DNA from: an uncultured Actinomycetes bacterium
GTDB taxonomy: Bacteria > Actinomycetota > Thermoleophilia > RBG-16-64-13
Reading direction: 5' to 3'
NCBI GenBank assembly: GCA_947085635.1
Contig: CAMTXC010000006.1
Coordinates: 11,564-75,563 of the forward strand
Length of the DNA stretch: 64,000 bases
Position numbers and translations under genes: made by a program. The notes beneath the pieces were generated by a model. That model ran no database searches. It saw nothing but the letters and a program-made list of their open reading frames with translations, and was not told the DNA's origin. Shown here in pieces: positions 1 through 10,013 of this stretch; within the stretch, counting starts at the first letter, position 1, and every line of letters starts with the position of its first letter.

Positions 1-1
1 G

Positions 2-340
2 GTGGGATACCGCATGCTGCCTCTGCTCACCTACGAGTACGGGCTCATCAAGGCGGCGCACCGAGTGCGTGGTGTTCGGGAAGGCGGCGGACCGGTGGCG
101 GCGGCGCGGCGCACGTGGCGCTATGCCATCCCCCTGCTGGCCGGGGCGGTGCGTCGGGCGGGGCGGGTGGCGATCGCCATGGACGCGCGCGCGTTCGGCG
201 CCGGCCCGCGCACCTACCGTAGACGGTCGCGGGTGGTGGCCGCCGACTGGGTGTTCCTGGTGCTGGGCGTCGCCGTGCCCGCCGGGCTGATCCTGGTGCT
301 GCGGCTGGCCGGGGTGACCCGGTTCGGCATCGGGGTGTAG
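2..340 (+). CDS. ECF transporter T component (EcfT/CbiQ family), 3' fragment; gene begins left of the window
   Basis: Reading frame is open to the window edge. C-terminal AMDARAFG-type motif and terminal TM helix are typical of CbiQ/EcfT. Confidence 0.55.
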   Translation: MGYRMLPLLTYEYGLIKAAHRVRGVREGGGPVAAARRTWRYAIPLLAGAVRRAGRVAIAMDARAFGAGPRTYRRRSRVVAADWVFLVLGVAVPAGLILVLRLAGVTRFGIGV

Positions 341-368
341 GCGCGGCTCCGGCGCGGCGGCGCCCCGG

Positions 369-2312
369 CTACACAGTCTTCAAGGAACGCTCGAGCCGGC
401 GTACCACTTCGCGGTCCGCCGGTCGCCCTCCATAGCGGGCGTCGAGGTAGACGACGGTGATCTCCTCGATCGAGCGGGCGCCGGAGGGAACGGCCTCGGC
501 GGCCCGTGCCGCGAAGTCCAGCGGCCCCTCCGCGGGCTCCCGTTCGAGGCCCCGCCGGCGCAGCCGTCGCAGGAGTCTACTGTAGAGTGCCGCCTCCTCT
601 CCTTCCCTCGAACCCCGGGGCCACAGGAGGGCGGCGGTCAGAAGGGCGGCGACGAGCAGCAGGAGGACGGCCGCGTCGCCGAGGCCGTCCACGTCGAGAC
701 GCATCTTGAGTGGAGTCGCAAGCGCCGCGGCCACCGAAGCGAAGAGCGCGGTCTGCATGTCGAGGTCGTAGCCGAGGACGAGGGCCTGCCAGCGCAACCG
801 CACCCAGTCCAGAAGCATGAAGGCGTTCGAAGGGGTCTCGACGACCCCCGGGGCCGCCGGGCCTTGGCCCGGCGGCGTCGGATCAACGCGGAGCCAGCCC
901 TTCCCGGGTATGTATGCCTCCACCCAGGTGTGGGCGGAGAGCTGCCGCACCAGGTAGTAGTCGCCCGTGGAGTTGTAGTCGCCCCCGAGGTATCCCGCTA
1001 CCAGCCGCGCCGGGACACCTTCCACGCGGAGCATCAGCGCCATCGTCGAGGCAAAGTACTCGCAATACCCCACCTTCTGCTCCAGGAACAGCTTCAGAGG
1101 GTGTCCCTCTCCCTCGGGGCTGCGCAGCGCATAGGTGTAGTCGCCTTGGGCGAAGTGCTCGAGCAGTAATTGGGTGATGCGATATGGGTCGCGCTCGTCG
1201 CCCACCGCGTCACGGGCGGTCTGGGCCACGATGGGGGGGAGTCCGGAGGGAATCGTGAGGTTGGCGGCCAGGGTCACCGAGCCGGGTTCCACGGCGAAGT
1301 ACGGCGACGGGTCCGATGACACTCGGTAGAGCAGGCGGCGGGTGACGGCGCGTGTCGCCTGTACCGCTCCGTCGCGCACGAGTTCCGGCCCCGAGATGCC
1401 GTCGTCGGCGAGCGCGATCCGGTCGAGGCCGAACAGCGTCTTCTGCCCGTGGGGCTCGAGGTAGATGAGCTGCTCGATGAGGGAGACGGCCCCGGTCGAG
1501 GAGAGCCCCCGCGGGAGGGTCTCCTCCGGGAGCGGCTCGCGCCGTGTCCAGGTAAAGCCGTCGGCGTTCTCCAGCACCAACCCGCGCCAATACGGCGCGG
1601 GGAGCAGTGGGCCATCATATGCGGGGAGCTCGGCCCGGAACGCGATCGCGGGGCTCTGCGCGATCCGACTCACGGAACCGAGGCTCACGCTGTCGGAGAA
1701 CCCGGTCACCTCGGCCGCCATGCTCACTGCCCCACGCCACAGTGGGGCCTGCGTGCGGGGGAGCGCGAGGAAGAAGAGCAGCACGAAGGGCAGGCTCCCC
1801 ACCATGAGCCCGAGCCCGACGCTCCCCACCCTCTTGAGCGTGGCACGCGGGACGAGACGACGACCGAGCGTCGTGCCGAACGGCAGCCAGAGTAGGGTCA
1901 GCGTGCACAGCACCAGGTATCCCATGAACAGCGGCCCGAAGGTGGCGCTCACCGAGATCATGGCCGAGCCGATGAGCAGCACGAGGCTGAGCAGCATCAC
2001 CTGGAGCATGTCACGGGCGGTCTTGGGAGCGAGGAGCTTGGCTCCCATCAGCACCACCGATCCGGAGAGGAGTCTGCCGATCGCGCCCCCGGCGCTGGGC
2101 ATCCCCAAGGCCACGAGGAGTCCGACCAGCACGAGCAGGTTGATCAGCCAACTGGAGAGCGGGTGGCGCTCGGTGAGATCCCACCAGAGTCCTACTCCCA
2201 CCAGTGTCGCCAGCACCAGGGCGTAGACGGGCGACACGTAGAGAAGTACGGGCACCACGCCGAGGGCGGCCATCGCATACGTCAGGAAGATGCTGAGGCG
2301 GTCGGCGCGCAT
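369..2312 (-). CDS. Transglutaminase-like multi-pass membrane protein
   Basis: The long ORF 369..2657 has an Arg-rich N-terminus that overlaps the upstream gene. The internal ATG at 2312 (MRADRLSIFLTY...) lies 8 nt after the DUF58 stop. N-terminal TM bundle plus a TGase core (GYCEYFASTMALMLR, HTWVEAY). Confidence 0.8.
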   Translation of the reverse strand: MRADRLSIFLTYAMAALGVVPVLLYVSPVYALVLATLVGVGLWWDLTERHPLSSWLINLLVLVGLLVALGMPSAGGAIGRLLSGSVVLMGAKLLAPKTARDMLQVMLLSLVLLIGSAMISVSATFGPLFMGYLVLCTLTLLWLPFGTTLGRRLVPRATLKRVGSVGLGLMVGSLPFVLLFFLALPRTQAPLWRGAVSMAAEVTGFSDSVSLGSVSRIAQSPAIAFRAELPAYDGPLLPAPYWRGLVLENADGFTWTRREPLPEETLPRGLSSTGAVSLIEQLIYLEPHGQKTLFGLDRIALADDGISGPELVRDGAVQATRAVTRRLLYRVSSDPSPYFAVEPGSVTLAANLTIPSGLPPIVAQTARDAVGDERDPYRITQLLLEHFAQGDYTYALRSPEGEGHPLKLFLEQKVGYCEYFASTMALMLRVEGVPARLVAGYLGGDYNSTGDYYLVRQLSAHTWVEAYIPGKGWLRVDPTPPGQGPAAPGVVETPSNAFMLLDWVRLRWQALVLGYDLDMQTALFASVAAALATPLKMRLDVDGLGDAAVLLLLVAALLTAALLWPRGSREGEEAALYSRLLRRLRRRGLEREPAEGPLDFAARAAEAVPSGARSIEEITVVYLDARYGGRPADREVVRRLERSLKTV

Positions 2313-2320
2313 GCGGCTCG

Positions 2321-3217
2321 TCAGTTCTCGAAGAGCGCCAGAGCGCTTAGCTGGCGCTGCCTGTGCTTGATGCCGGACCCGGGCTCGATGGTCTGCCCGG
2401 GGAGACTGAGACCCACCCGCCGGCCGTAACGGTGGGCTTCGAGCACGAGTCCGGTCAGTTGGCTCAGGCGGTGCTCGATCGTCGGCCCAGGGACGCTGTC
2501 GAGCGAGAGGAGGAGCGGGGGAGCGCTCTCCTCCTCGAACTCGTTCACCACCAGGCCGCCTAGGCGGGCCCAGGCCTTCCAGTTGATGCGGGTGCGCGAG
2601 TCGCCGTCGGCGTAGGGACGGGTACCCCTGAAGTCGCCCCCCACGCCGAGCCGCCAAGAGTCCACCCCCGCCTCAGCGCCCATGTGCGAGTAGAAGTCGG
2701 TGCGATCGGGCACCAGCGGCGCGGGGTACACCACCACGTCGCACGCGAGAGGGAGGGTGCCCCCCCGGTGGAAGAAGGCGAAAGGGAACGACGAGGTGAT
2801 GACGACGTCACCCAGCGGGTGGATGCCGCGGCGCTCGAAGCGGAAGGGGAGGAACCCCTCGGCCTGGTCGCGGGCGGGCACCTCAGGTATGAGGAGCTCT
2901 TCGCCGCCCGCGGCGATGTTGAGGAGGAACGAGGGCAGGTGTCTCCTGGTGTTCGTCACGGTGAGCGTGAGGGCGAGTTGCTGTCCGGCGAACCACTCAC
3001 GGGGGAGAGTCACCCCGAGTTCGAGCCCGCGAAGGGCAAGGTAGGCGATCATCCCCGAGAGCGACATGAGCGCCAGGAGGCCCGCTGTGATCAGGTAGAG
3101 GAGGTTGTTCGCCGAGTTCACGGCGGCGACGCCCACTATCAGGGTCAGGCCGATGTACAGCCACCCCGAGCGGGTGATCCTCACCCGTATGCGCTTGAAG
3201 CGGATCGGTCGTTGCAT
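2321..3217 (-). CDS. DUF58 domain protein (MoxR-associated)
   Basis: Two N-terminal TM helices and a DUF58-like core. Sits between the MoxR and transglutaminase genes, which is the classic operon order. Confidence 0.8.
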   Translation of the reverse strand: MQRPIRFKRIRVRITRSGWLYIGLTLIVGVAAVNSANNLLYLITAGLLALMSLSGMIAYLALRGLELGVTLPREWFAGQQLALTLTVTNTRRHLPSFLLNIAAGGEELLIPEVPARDQAEGFLPFRFERRGIHPLGDVVITSSFPFAFFHRGGTLPLACDVVVYPAPLVPDRTDFYSHMGAEAGVDSWRLGVGGDFRGTRPYADGDSRTRINWKAWARLGGLVVNEFEEESAPPLLLSLDSVPGPTIEHRLSQLTGLVLEAHRYGRRVGLSLPGQTIEPGSGIKHRQRQLSALALFEN

Positions 3218-3245
3218 GATCGGGGTGCCGGCGGCCGGTCCCCGG

Positions 3246-4163
3246 TCAGGGGATCGGCACCGTCTTGATGAGCTCCTCTACCACCTGCTCGCGTCTCACG
3301 TTCGCGAACTCGCCTCGAGTCACCAGGCGGTGGCGCATGACCGCCGGGGCGATTGCCTGTACGTCCTCAGGGATGCAGTAGTCGCGGCCGGCGAGCAACG
3401 CCCAGGCCTTCGCGGCCAGCACCGTGGCTTCGGCCCCGCGCGGGGAGACTCCCATCACCAGCTTCTCCGAGCGGCGGGTGGCCCACACGATGTCCAGCAC
3501 GTACTCGAGCAGGGCGTCGGAGGTCTTGATGAGCCGCACCCGCTCCTGGGCGTCCTGCAGTTCTTGCAGCGAGATGGCGGGCATGAGTGACTGTATGCGC
3601 CTGCGGCTGTCCAACCTGGTGAGCAGTTCCTTCTCGACGCCCCTGGCCGGATAGTCCATGCGGAGCGACATGAAGAACCGGTCGAGCTGCGATTCCGGCA
3701 GAGGGAACGTGCCGTACTGCTCGATGGGGTTCTGGGTCGCCACCACGAGGAAGGGCTCCTTCAGGCGGTACGTGGTGCCCTCCACCGACACCTGCCCCTC
3801 GCCCATGGCTTCCAGCAGGGCGCTCTGCGTCCTGGGGGTGGCTCGGTTCACCTCGTCCGCCAAGACCACCTGCCGGAAGATGGGGCCGGGACGGAACGTG
3901 AAGGTCTGCTCCCGGGTGTCGAAGACCGACGTGCCGGTGATGTCGGCCGGGAGGAGGTCGCTGGTGAACTGGATCCGGCCGAAGTGTAACCCCAGCACGC
4001 GCGCCAAGGTGAGCGCGAGCGTGGTCTTGCCGATGCCCGGGATGTCTTCGAGAAGGAGGTGCCCTTTGGCGAGCACGGTGGTCACCGCCAGGCGGATCAC
4101 CTGCTCCTTTCCGAGCACGACGCGGCCCACGGCTTCGAGGACGCGCTCAAGAGGCTTGTTCAT
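3246..4163 (-). CDS. moxR: MoxR-family AAA+ ATPase
   Basis: Walker A (GIPGIGKT), Walker B (LADEVNRA), and length and motifs typical of MoxR. Confidence 0.9.
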   Translation of the reverse strand: MNKPLERVLEAVGRVVLGKEQVIRLAVTTVLAKGHLLLEDIPGIGKTTLALTLARVLGLHFGRIQFTSDLLPADITGTSVFDTREQTFTFRPGPIFRQVVLADEVNRATPRTQSALLEAMGEGQVSVEGTTYRLKEPFLVVATQNPIEQYGTFPLPESQLDRFFMSLRMDYPARGVEKELLTRLDSRRRIQSLMPAISLQELQDAQERVRLIKTSDALLEYVLDIVWATRRSEKLVMGVSPRGAEATVLAAKAWALLAGRDYCIPEDVQAIAPAVMRHRLVTRGEFANVRREQVVEELIKTVPIP

Positions 4164-4317
4164 ACGGGACTACTCCGCTGCTCGGGGAGTTGGCTGTGCA
4201 TCTTCTTATCGACATGATGTTCCCCGCTCTTAACGGCGATACACTGCGGGGTGCAGGTCGCGACGGGCGTCCGCGACGTTTTCACGGCGGTTTCACGACG
4301 GGGGCGAGATCCAGTCG

Positions 4318-6903
4318 GTGATAGGGAGGGATGGCGTGGAGGACTTCGAGAAGCTCGGTGTGTTCTACCTGGGGCGTGAGTACGATCTTGCGAAAGGCGA
4401 GGTGCAGGACGACCTCTTGCTGTACGACTCCAAGGACCTTGTGACTCACGGAGTCTGCGTGGGCATGACGGGCAGCGGCAAGACCGGCCTCTGCATCAGC
4501 CTGCTCGAAGAGGCCGCCATCGACGGCATACCCGCGATCATCATCGATCCGAAGGGCGATCTACCCAATCTCCTACTGACGTTCCCCGACCTGCAGGCAT
4601 CGGACTTCCGACCCTGGGTGAACGAGGACGACGCCGCCCGCAAGGACCTCACGCCCGACGAGTTCGCCCAGAAGCAGGCTGATCTCTGGACGAAGGGACT
4701 GGCCGACTGGGGTCAGGACGGCGCCCGCATCCGCCGCCTGCGCGAAGCGGCGGAGTTCAGCGTGTACACGCCGGGCAGCAATGCGGGCCTCCCTATCTCG
4801 GTGCTGAAGTCGTTTTCAGCTCCGGGTCCGGCGATCCTCGAAGACGAAGAGTTGCTGCGCGACCGCGTCAGCACGGCGTCCACGAGCCTGCTCGCCCTCC
4901 TCGGCGTTGACGCCGACCCCATCCAGAGCCGCGAACACATCCTGCTCTCCACACTCTTCAGCCAGGCGTGGACCGCAGGTCGCGACCTCGATCTGGGCTC
5001 GTTGATCCACCAGATCCAGAAGCCGCCCTTGACCAAGGTGGGGGTGCTCGACATCGACAACTTCTATCCGCCGAAAGAGCGGAACGAGTTGGCCATGCGG
5101 CTCAACAACCTGCTCGCGGCTCCGGGCTTCCAGGCCTGGCTCGAGGGAGACGCGCTCGACGTGGGCAGGCTGCTGCACACCGCTGAAGGGAAGCCGCGCG
5201 TCTCGATCATCTCCATAGCCCACCTCTCCGATACGGAGCGTATGTTCTTTGTGTCGCTTCTGCTGAACGAGATCCTCGGATGGGTCCGGTCGCAACCGGG
5301 CACGAGCAGTCTCCGGGCGCTCATCTACATGGACGAGATCTTCGGCTACTTCCCGCCGGTGGCGAACCCCCCCTCGAAGAAGCCGCTCCTCACGTTGCTC
5401 AAGCAGGCGCGGGCGTTCGGCGTGGGCGTGGTGCTCGCCACGCAGAACCCGGTGGATCTGGACTACAAAGGTCTCGCCAACACCGGCACGTGGTTCATCG
5501 GTCGCCTCCAGACCGAGCGCGACAAGGCCCGGGTGCTGGAGGGCCTCGAAGGGGCGGCCGCCGGCGCCGGTGGCTTCGACAAGGGTGCCATGGAGCAGAC
5601 CCTTGCCGGCTTGGGCAACCGGGTGTTCCTCATGTACAACGTGCACGAAGACGGGCCTGTGACCTTCCACACACGCTGGGCGATGTCGTACCTGAGGGGA
5701 CCGCTGACGCGCACCCAGATCAAGACGCTCGTCGATCCGATGAGAGACGCCCATGCGGCGGCCTCCGCCGCGACCGCGCAGCCCGCCGCGACCGCGCAGC
5801 CGGTCGCCGTCTCCCAGCCCGCGCCGGCGCCCGTCGCTCAACCCGAGGGGGCCGCGATTGCCGCGGCGCCCCAGCCGGCGCCGACCCCCCTGCCCGCGAC
5901 CCCAGCCTCCGCGGCGGCGGCAGGCTCGGCGGGGCCGGACCCGGCGGCGACAGGCTCGGCGGCGAGACCGCTCCTGCCTCCCGACATCACCGAATTGTTC
6001 GTGCCGGCCCGGGGGGGCGGCGGCGACCTTGTGTACAGGCCGGCGCTTCTCGGGGCCGCCGCCGTGCACTTCGTGGACGACAAGATCGAAGGCGCGTACG
6101 ACAAACCCGTGTCGGTCTTCCTTCCGGTGCGCGACGCGGTCGGGTCGATGGACTGGGCTGCCGCGGAAGTCCTCTCGATCCCGGTGGACGATCTGGAGCG
6201 CGAGCCCGACCCCGCGGCTTTCTTCGCCCCACTGCCCTCTTCGGCGGGCCAAGCCGACAGCTACAAGTCGTGGGGCAAGGAGTTCCACACGTGGCTCTAC
6301 CGGAACGAGGTGCTTGAGCTGCGGAAGAGCGGCGACCTCAAACTCCTCTCCCGGCCCGGGGAGAGCGAGGGCGACTTCCGGGTACGCCTGCAGCAGGCGG
6401 CCAGGGAACGGCGCGACGAGCTCACCGGGGAACTGCGCGGGAGGTACGGCGCGAAACTGACCAGGATCGACGAGAGCATCCGCAAAGCGGAACAGACGGT
6501 CAGTCGCGAGCAGGAGCAGGCTAAAGGCGCCAAACTGCAGACCGTGGTCTCGCTCGGCGCGACCCTGCTCAGCGCGTTCACGGGACGCAAGGCACTGAGC
6601 GCCGGCACACTCGGTCGAGCCACCACGGCTGCCCGTGGAGTCGGACGCAGCCTCGATCAATCCGGCGACGTGAGCCGCGCCCAGGAGACCGTAGAGGCGA
6701 AAGTCCAGGAGAAGCTTGCGCTGAACGCCGCCTTCGAGGAGGAGGTGGCCGCTCTCGAGGCCAGGATGGACAGCATCCACGAGGAACTCGAGACGTTCGC
6801 GGTCAAGCCCCGCAAGAGCGACATCGACGTGAAGCTCGTCGCTCTGGCTTGGATGCCCTATCGGCGCTCGACCGTGGGCGAGTTCACGCCGGCGTGGGAG
6901 TAG
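4318..6903 (+). CDS. Large P-loop NTPase, HerA/FtsK/VirB4-like, with Pro/Ala-rich linker and C-terminal coiled coil
   Basis: Walker A (GMTGSGKTG), Walker B (LIYMDEIFGYFPP), ATQNPVDLDYK motif. The likely true start is GTG 4336, 5 nt after a GGGAGGG Shine-Dalgarno site. Confidence 0.7.
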   Translation: MIGRDGVEDFEKLGVFYLGREYDLAKGEVQDDLLLYDSKDLVTHGVCVGMTGSGKTGLCISLLEEAAIDGIPAIIIDPKGDLPNLLLTFPDLQASDFRPWVNEDDAARKDLTPDEFAQKQADLWTKGLADWGQDGARIRRLREAAEFSVYTPGSNAGLPISVLKSFSAPGPAILEDEELLRDRVSTASTSLLALLGVDADPIQSREHILLSTLFSQAWTAGRDLDLGSLIHQIQKPPLTKVGVLDIDNFYPPKERNELAMRLNNLLAAPGFQAWLEGDALDVGRLLHTAEGKPRVSIISIAHLSDTERMFFVSLLLNEILGWVRSQPGTSSLRALIYMDEIFGYFPPVANPPSKKPLLTLLKQARAFGVGVVLATQNPVDLDYKGLANTGTWFIGRLQTERDKARVLEGLEGAAAGAGGFDKGAMEQTLAGLGNRVFLMYNVHEDGPVTFHTRWAMSYLRGPLTRTQIKTLVDPMRDAHAAASAATAQPAATAQPVAVSQPAPAPVAQPEGAAIAAAPQPAPTPLPATPASAAAAGSAGPDPAATGSAARPLLPPDITELFVPARGGGGDLVYRPALLGAAAVHFVDDKIEGAYDKPVSVFLPVRDAVGSMDWAAAEVLSIPVDDLEREPDPAAFFAPLPSSAGQADSYKSWGKEFHTWLYRNEVLELRKSGDLKLLSRPGESEGDFRVRLQQAARERRDELTGELRGRYGAKLTRIDESIRKAEQTVSREQEQAKGAKLQTVVSLGATLLSAFTGRKALSAGTLGRATTAARGVGRSLDQSGDVSRAQETVEAKVQEKLALNAAFEEEVAALEARMDSIHEELETFAVKPRKSDIDVKLVALAWMPYRRSTVGEFTPAWE

Positions 6904-6906
6904 TCA

Positions 6907-6923
6907 GCTCCGGGCACCGGAGC
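6907..6923. terminator. Hairpin between convergent genes (GCTCCGG-gca-CCGGAGC)
   Basis: Perfect 7-bp stem read directly from the sequence. It sits between the stops at 6903 (+) and 6926 (-). Confidence 0.5.
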
Positions 6924-6925
6924 GA

Positions 6926-8746
6926 TCAGCGGTAGAACCGGATCTCAGAGAGCTGCACCTGGAAGCGATCGCTCTCCCCGGCGGCGAGGCGCGTGATCCA
7001 GATGCGCCCGGAGGAGACGGGCTGGGCGAAAGCGAGCGTCTGACGCTGGAGGCCGTCGAGCGTACCCATCGGCGTGACGGCGCCGTCGCCCGCGACCGCC
7101 TGCACCTCGGCCAACCATCCCGTGCTGTGAGAGAGTACTTCCATCACCGTCGCCGGAGCGTCGAGGACGAAGGTGATCCCGACTCCGGTCTTGGGGAGTC
7201 CGCCGAAGTCCGGGTTGCGGTAGAGCTCGGTGGACCACCCCGTCGTGTCGTTGTCGTCGATCAACTGCTCCAGTAGCTCGGGCCGCTCGGTGTCGTCGCC
7301 CTCCGGGTCGTAGTCATCGACCGTATCGACCTTCACTGGAATCGGTTCCCGAGTCACGGTGAGCTGGATCACGCCTCCGCCTCCACGCTCTCCGGCCGCG
7401 GGCTCCTGTGCGAGTATGGTGCCCGGCTCGTCGTCGAGCGAGAGCACCTGTTCCACCACTTCCACCTTCAGCCCGATGCTCTCCGCCGTCGCGTTGGCCT
7501 TGTCGAGCGAGCCGCCCACGAGATCGGGCGCGACGGGTCCCCGAGCGAGAAGGAGCCACGCTCCTACCAGGCCGACCACGAGAAGACCAACGATCGCCAT
7601 GGTACGTCTTGACAAGCCGTTCCGCCGGCGATTGCGACGCTCGCGCATGACCTCGGCGCGCCGTCGCGTTGAAGACTCCGATCTCGACACGGTGGGCGCG
7701 ATATCGATGAAGGCCACGGACTCCGGCGGTGGCGGCGCCTGGGTCCCGGGGGGCGGTACCCACGCACCACTCTCGCTTCCGGGTTCCTTCGCGCTGCGCT
7801 GTATCCTGCGCAGACCACCGATGAGGCCACCCGCCGCTTTCGCCTGACGGAACACGTCGAGCCCCACCAGCGCCCCCACCAGCTCGTCCGCCGATTGGAA
7901 CCGGTTCTCGGGCAGCTTCTCGAGACAGCGCAGGATCACCCGCTCTACGCCGGGCGACAAGTTCGGGGCCAGTTCGCTCGGAGGCTGTGGTTGCGCCCGC
8001 ACGTGTTGGCGGCCGACTTCCGCAAGCGATTGACCTTGGAAGGGGGGCCCTCCTGTCACCATCTCGTAGAACACGATGCCGAGCGAGTAGATGTCGCTCC
8101 GCCGGTCGACCGGCCGGCCCTGCACCTGCTCCGGCGACATGTAGCGGCTACTCCCGACGATCGACCCCTCCCGAGTGACCCTCGTCCACTCTTCTCCGGT
8201 CGCGATGCCGAAGTCGGTGAGCTTGGCCCTTCCCTCGGCGTCGAGGAGGATGTTCTGCGGCTTCACGTCGCGGTGGACGATGCCGTTCAGGTGGGCGTGC
8301 GCGAGGCCGGAGGCTATCTGGCCGGCGATCTGCCCGGCATCTCGTCCCTCCAAGGGGCCGGTATTCTTGATCAGATCGCGCAGAGACCGTCCCTCGACGT
8401 ACTCGAAGACAAGATAGTCCTCGGTCTCCGACGTGCCTCGATCGATCAGTGTGACGAGGTTCGGGTGGGAGAGTCGTGCGATCGCCCGGCCCTCTCTGTC
8501 GAAGCGGGCACGGGTGTGCTCGTCTTCGCTCATGGGAGGCTCGAGACGCTTGATCGCCACGTGCCGGTGCAGGCGGGGGTCCCACGCCCTGTATACGGCG
8601 CACGTGCCACCGCGACCGAGCACCGGTCCCAGCACGTAGCGACCCACGTAGAGCTCTACCCCTGCGGAAGATCCTGCCGAAGGATTCGCGGAAGGCGAGT
8701 CGCCGCGAGATCGGTCCGTTAGTCCTGGTGGTCGGGGGTCAGGCAT
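6926..8746 (-). CDS. Ser/Thr protein kinase with TM helix, one PASTA domain and a C-terminal galactose-binding/discoidin-like domain
   Basis: Hanks kinase motifs (GRGGTCAVY, VAIK, HRDVKPQNILL, DFG, SPEQ). Start placed at ATG 8746 (MPDPRPPG) instead of the longer ORF start. Confidence 0.85.
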   Translation of the reverse strand: MPDPRPPGLTDRSRGDSPSANPSAGSSAGVELYVGRYVLGPVLGRGGTCAVYRAWDPRLHRHVAIKRLEPPMSEDEHTRARFDREGRAIARLSHPNLVTLIDRGTSETEDYLVFEYVEGRSLRDLIKNTGPLEGRDAGQIAGQIASGLAHAHLNGIVHRDVKPQNILLDAEGRAKLTDFGIATGEEWTRVTREGSIVGSSRYMSPEQVQGRPVDRRSDIYSLGIVFYEMVTGGPPFQGQSLAEVGRQHVRAQPQPPSELAPNLSPGVERVILRCLEKLPENRFQSADELVGALVGLDVFRQAKAAGGLIGGLRRIQRSAKEPGSESGAWVPPPGTQAPPPPESVAFIDIAPTVSRSESSTRRRAEVMRERRNRRRNGLSRRTMAIVGLLVVGLVGAWLLLARGPVAPDLVGGSLDKANATAESIGLKVEVVEQVLSLDDEPGTILAQEPAAGERGGGGVIQLTVTREPIPVKVDTVDDYDPEGDDTERPELLEQLIDDNDTTGWSTELYRNPDFGGLPKTGVGITFVLDAPATVMEVLSHSTGWLAEVQAVAGDGAVTPMGTLDGLQRQTLAFAQPVSSGRIWITRLAAGESDRFQVQLSEIRFYR

Positions 8747-8846
8747 GGCCTCTATCTGAGGATGAGGGTTTGGCCGTGGATGCTCGCGTCTCTTGTTCGC
8801 CGCAGCGCAGACGGTTCCTGCCCTAGAGGGCGGTGGGGAGGGGACT

Positions 8847-10013
8847 TCATCGTCCCGACATCGGCCGTAGACCTGCGGCGATAGCCAGCACTTCGGCCTC
8901 CTCGAGCCCGATGGCAGACACCGCATAAGTCGTTCCCGAAGCGGTCCACACCAACACAACCGAGTGGCCGGAGACTCCCAGGTTCCCGGGTCTGCCGTTC
9001 ACATCGACGGTGGTGGCTTGGTCGAGACCGGGATCGAACCAGTCTCCCTGCATGAGCGAGAAGCTCACCTCGGGGCGCGTAGGATTCACGTAGACCATCT
9101 CGAAGCCCTGGCCGCCGGCCGGGCTCGCTCGGTGGGCAGGGTTGTCGCCGCCGACGACGGGGGCGAGGCCGTCGGGGATCACCGTGGGGTAGAGCACAGG
9201 GAACGTGTAGGTGGAGGCGAGCACCTGGAAAACAGGCGGGGGGGAAGCGCCCGGCGCCTCGCCGTTCGTGCCGGGTTCGGCCGCACCCGAGGACGGTCCG
9301 TTGATCACCGCCACGATCGAGGATCCAGGCGCCATTCGCGCTCCCGCCCGAGGAGATTGCTTGAACACCAGGCCCGGGAGCACTTCGTCGGTGACCTCAC
9401 CCAGGAAGCGGATCGCAAGGTCGGCGGCGGCGGCGGCGGACTCGGCCTCTGCCCTCGTCATGCCGGAGACGTCGGGCACCGTGCTTGTTGCCGCCGCCGC
9501 CACCCACACGTGCACCGAGCCTCCGGAGGGCAGTTCGCTGTCTACCGGGGGCTCCTGGCGGGTCACCGACCCCGGCGTGCCCGCGGAGTCGGGGTCGGAG
9601 CGCACCGCGCCCAGGCGGAGTCCCGCCGACTGGAGAGCGGCCCGCGCCTCCTCGGGCGTCAGCCCCAGGACGCTGGGCACGAGCACGGTCGGGAGAGGCC
9701 CCGCCAGTGCGACGCGGATGACGGTTCCCCGTCGCACCACGGTGCCTGGGCTGGGCTCCTGGCTCACGACGACGATCTCAGGGTCGTCGGCGCCATCGGC
9801 TGCCACCAGCCCGAGACCCGCGGCCTCGGCCTGAGCGGCCGCCTCGGCCCGCGTCGATCCAAGAAGAGATGGCGTGGTCACCTCCCTGGAGCCTGCGGTG
9901 AGCACGAGGAAGACGCCGCCCGCGATTACCAACACCACGGCGATGGCCGCGAACACGAGATAGCCGCTCAGCGGGGGGCGGCGAGGGAGGTCTAGTTCGT
10001 CGGATCCGGGCAC
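8847..10013 (-). CDS. Membrane-anchored protein with three PASTA-like repeats and an uncharacterised C-terminal domain
   Basis: Only the C-terminal 388 codons of the 872-aa ORF look like coding sequence. GTG 10013 is preceded by GGGGAGAG. One TM helix is followed by three repeats of about 65 aa. Confidence 0.6.
   Translation of the reverse strand: MPGSDELDLPRRPPLSGYLVFAAIAVVLVIAGGVFLVLTAGSREVTTPSLLGSTRAEAAAQAEAAGLGLVAADGADDPEIVVVSQEPSPGTVVRRGTVIRVALAGPLPTVLVPSVLGLTPEEARAALQSAGLRLGAVRSDPDSAGTPGSVTRQEPPVDSELPSGGSVHVWVAAAATSTVPDVSGMTRAEAESAAAAADLAIRFLGEVTDEVLPGLVFKQSPRAGARMAPGSSIVAVINGPSSGAAEPGTNGEAPGASPPPVFQVLASTYTFPVLYPTVIPDGLAPVVGGDNPAHRASPAGGQGFEMVYVNPTRPEVSFSLMQGDWFDPGLDQATTVDVNGRPGNLGVSGHSVVLVWTASGTTYAVSAIGLEEAEVLAIAAGLRPMSGR

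Noticed and set aside
4257-4282. Hairpin GTCGCG-N9-CGCGAC followed by GTTTTC, upstream of the large ATPase; considered as an intrinsic terminator or attenuator
   Set aside because: No upstream plus-strand gene exists for it to terminate. The stem is only 6 bp. It is kept only as a note under the MoxR/ATPase finding.
4816-6780. 654-aa minus-strand ORF, plus several other long antisense ORFs (11098..12408, 12234..13466, 35474..36817, 37547..38611, 19544..20689)
   Set aside because: Each lies opposite a gene with clear family motifs. Their compositions are Arg/Pro/Gly-rich with no recognisable domains.
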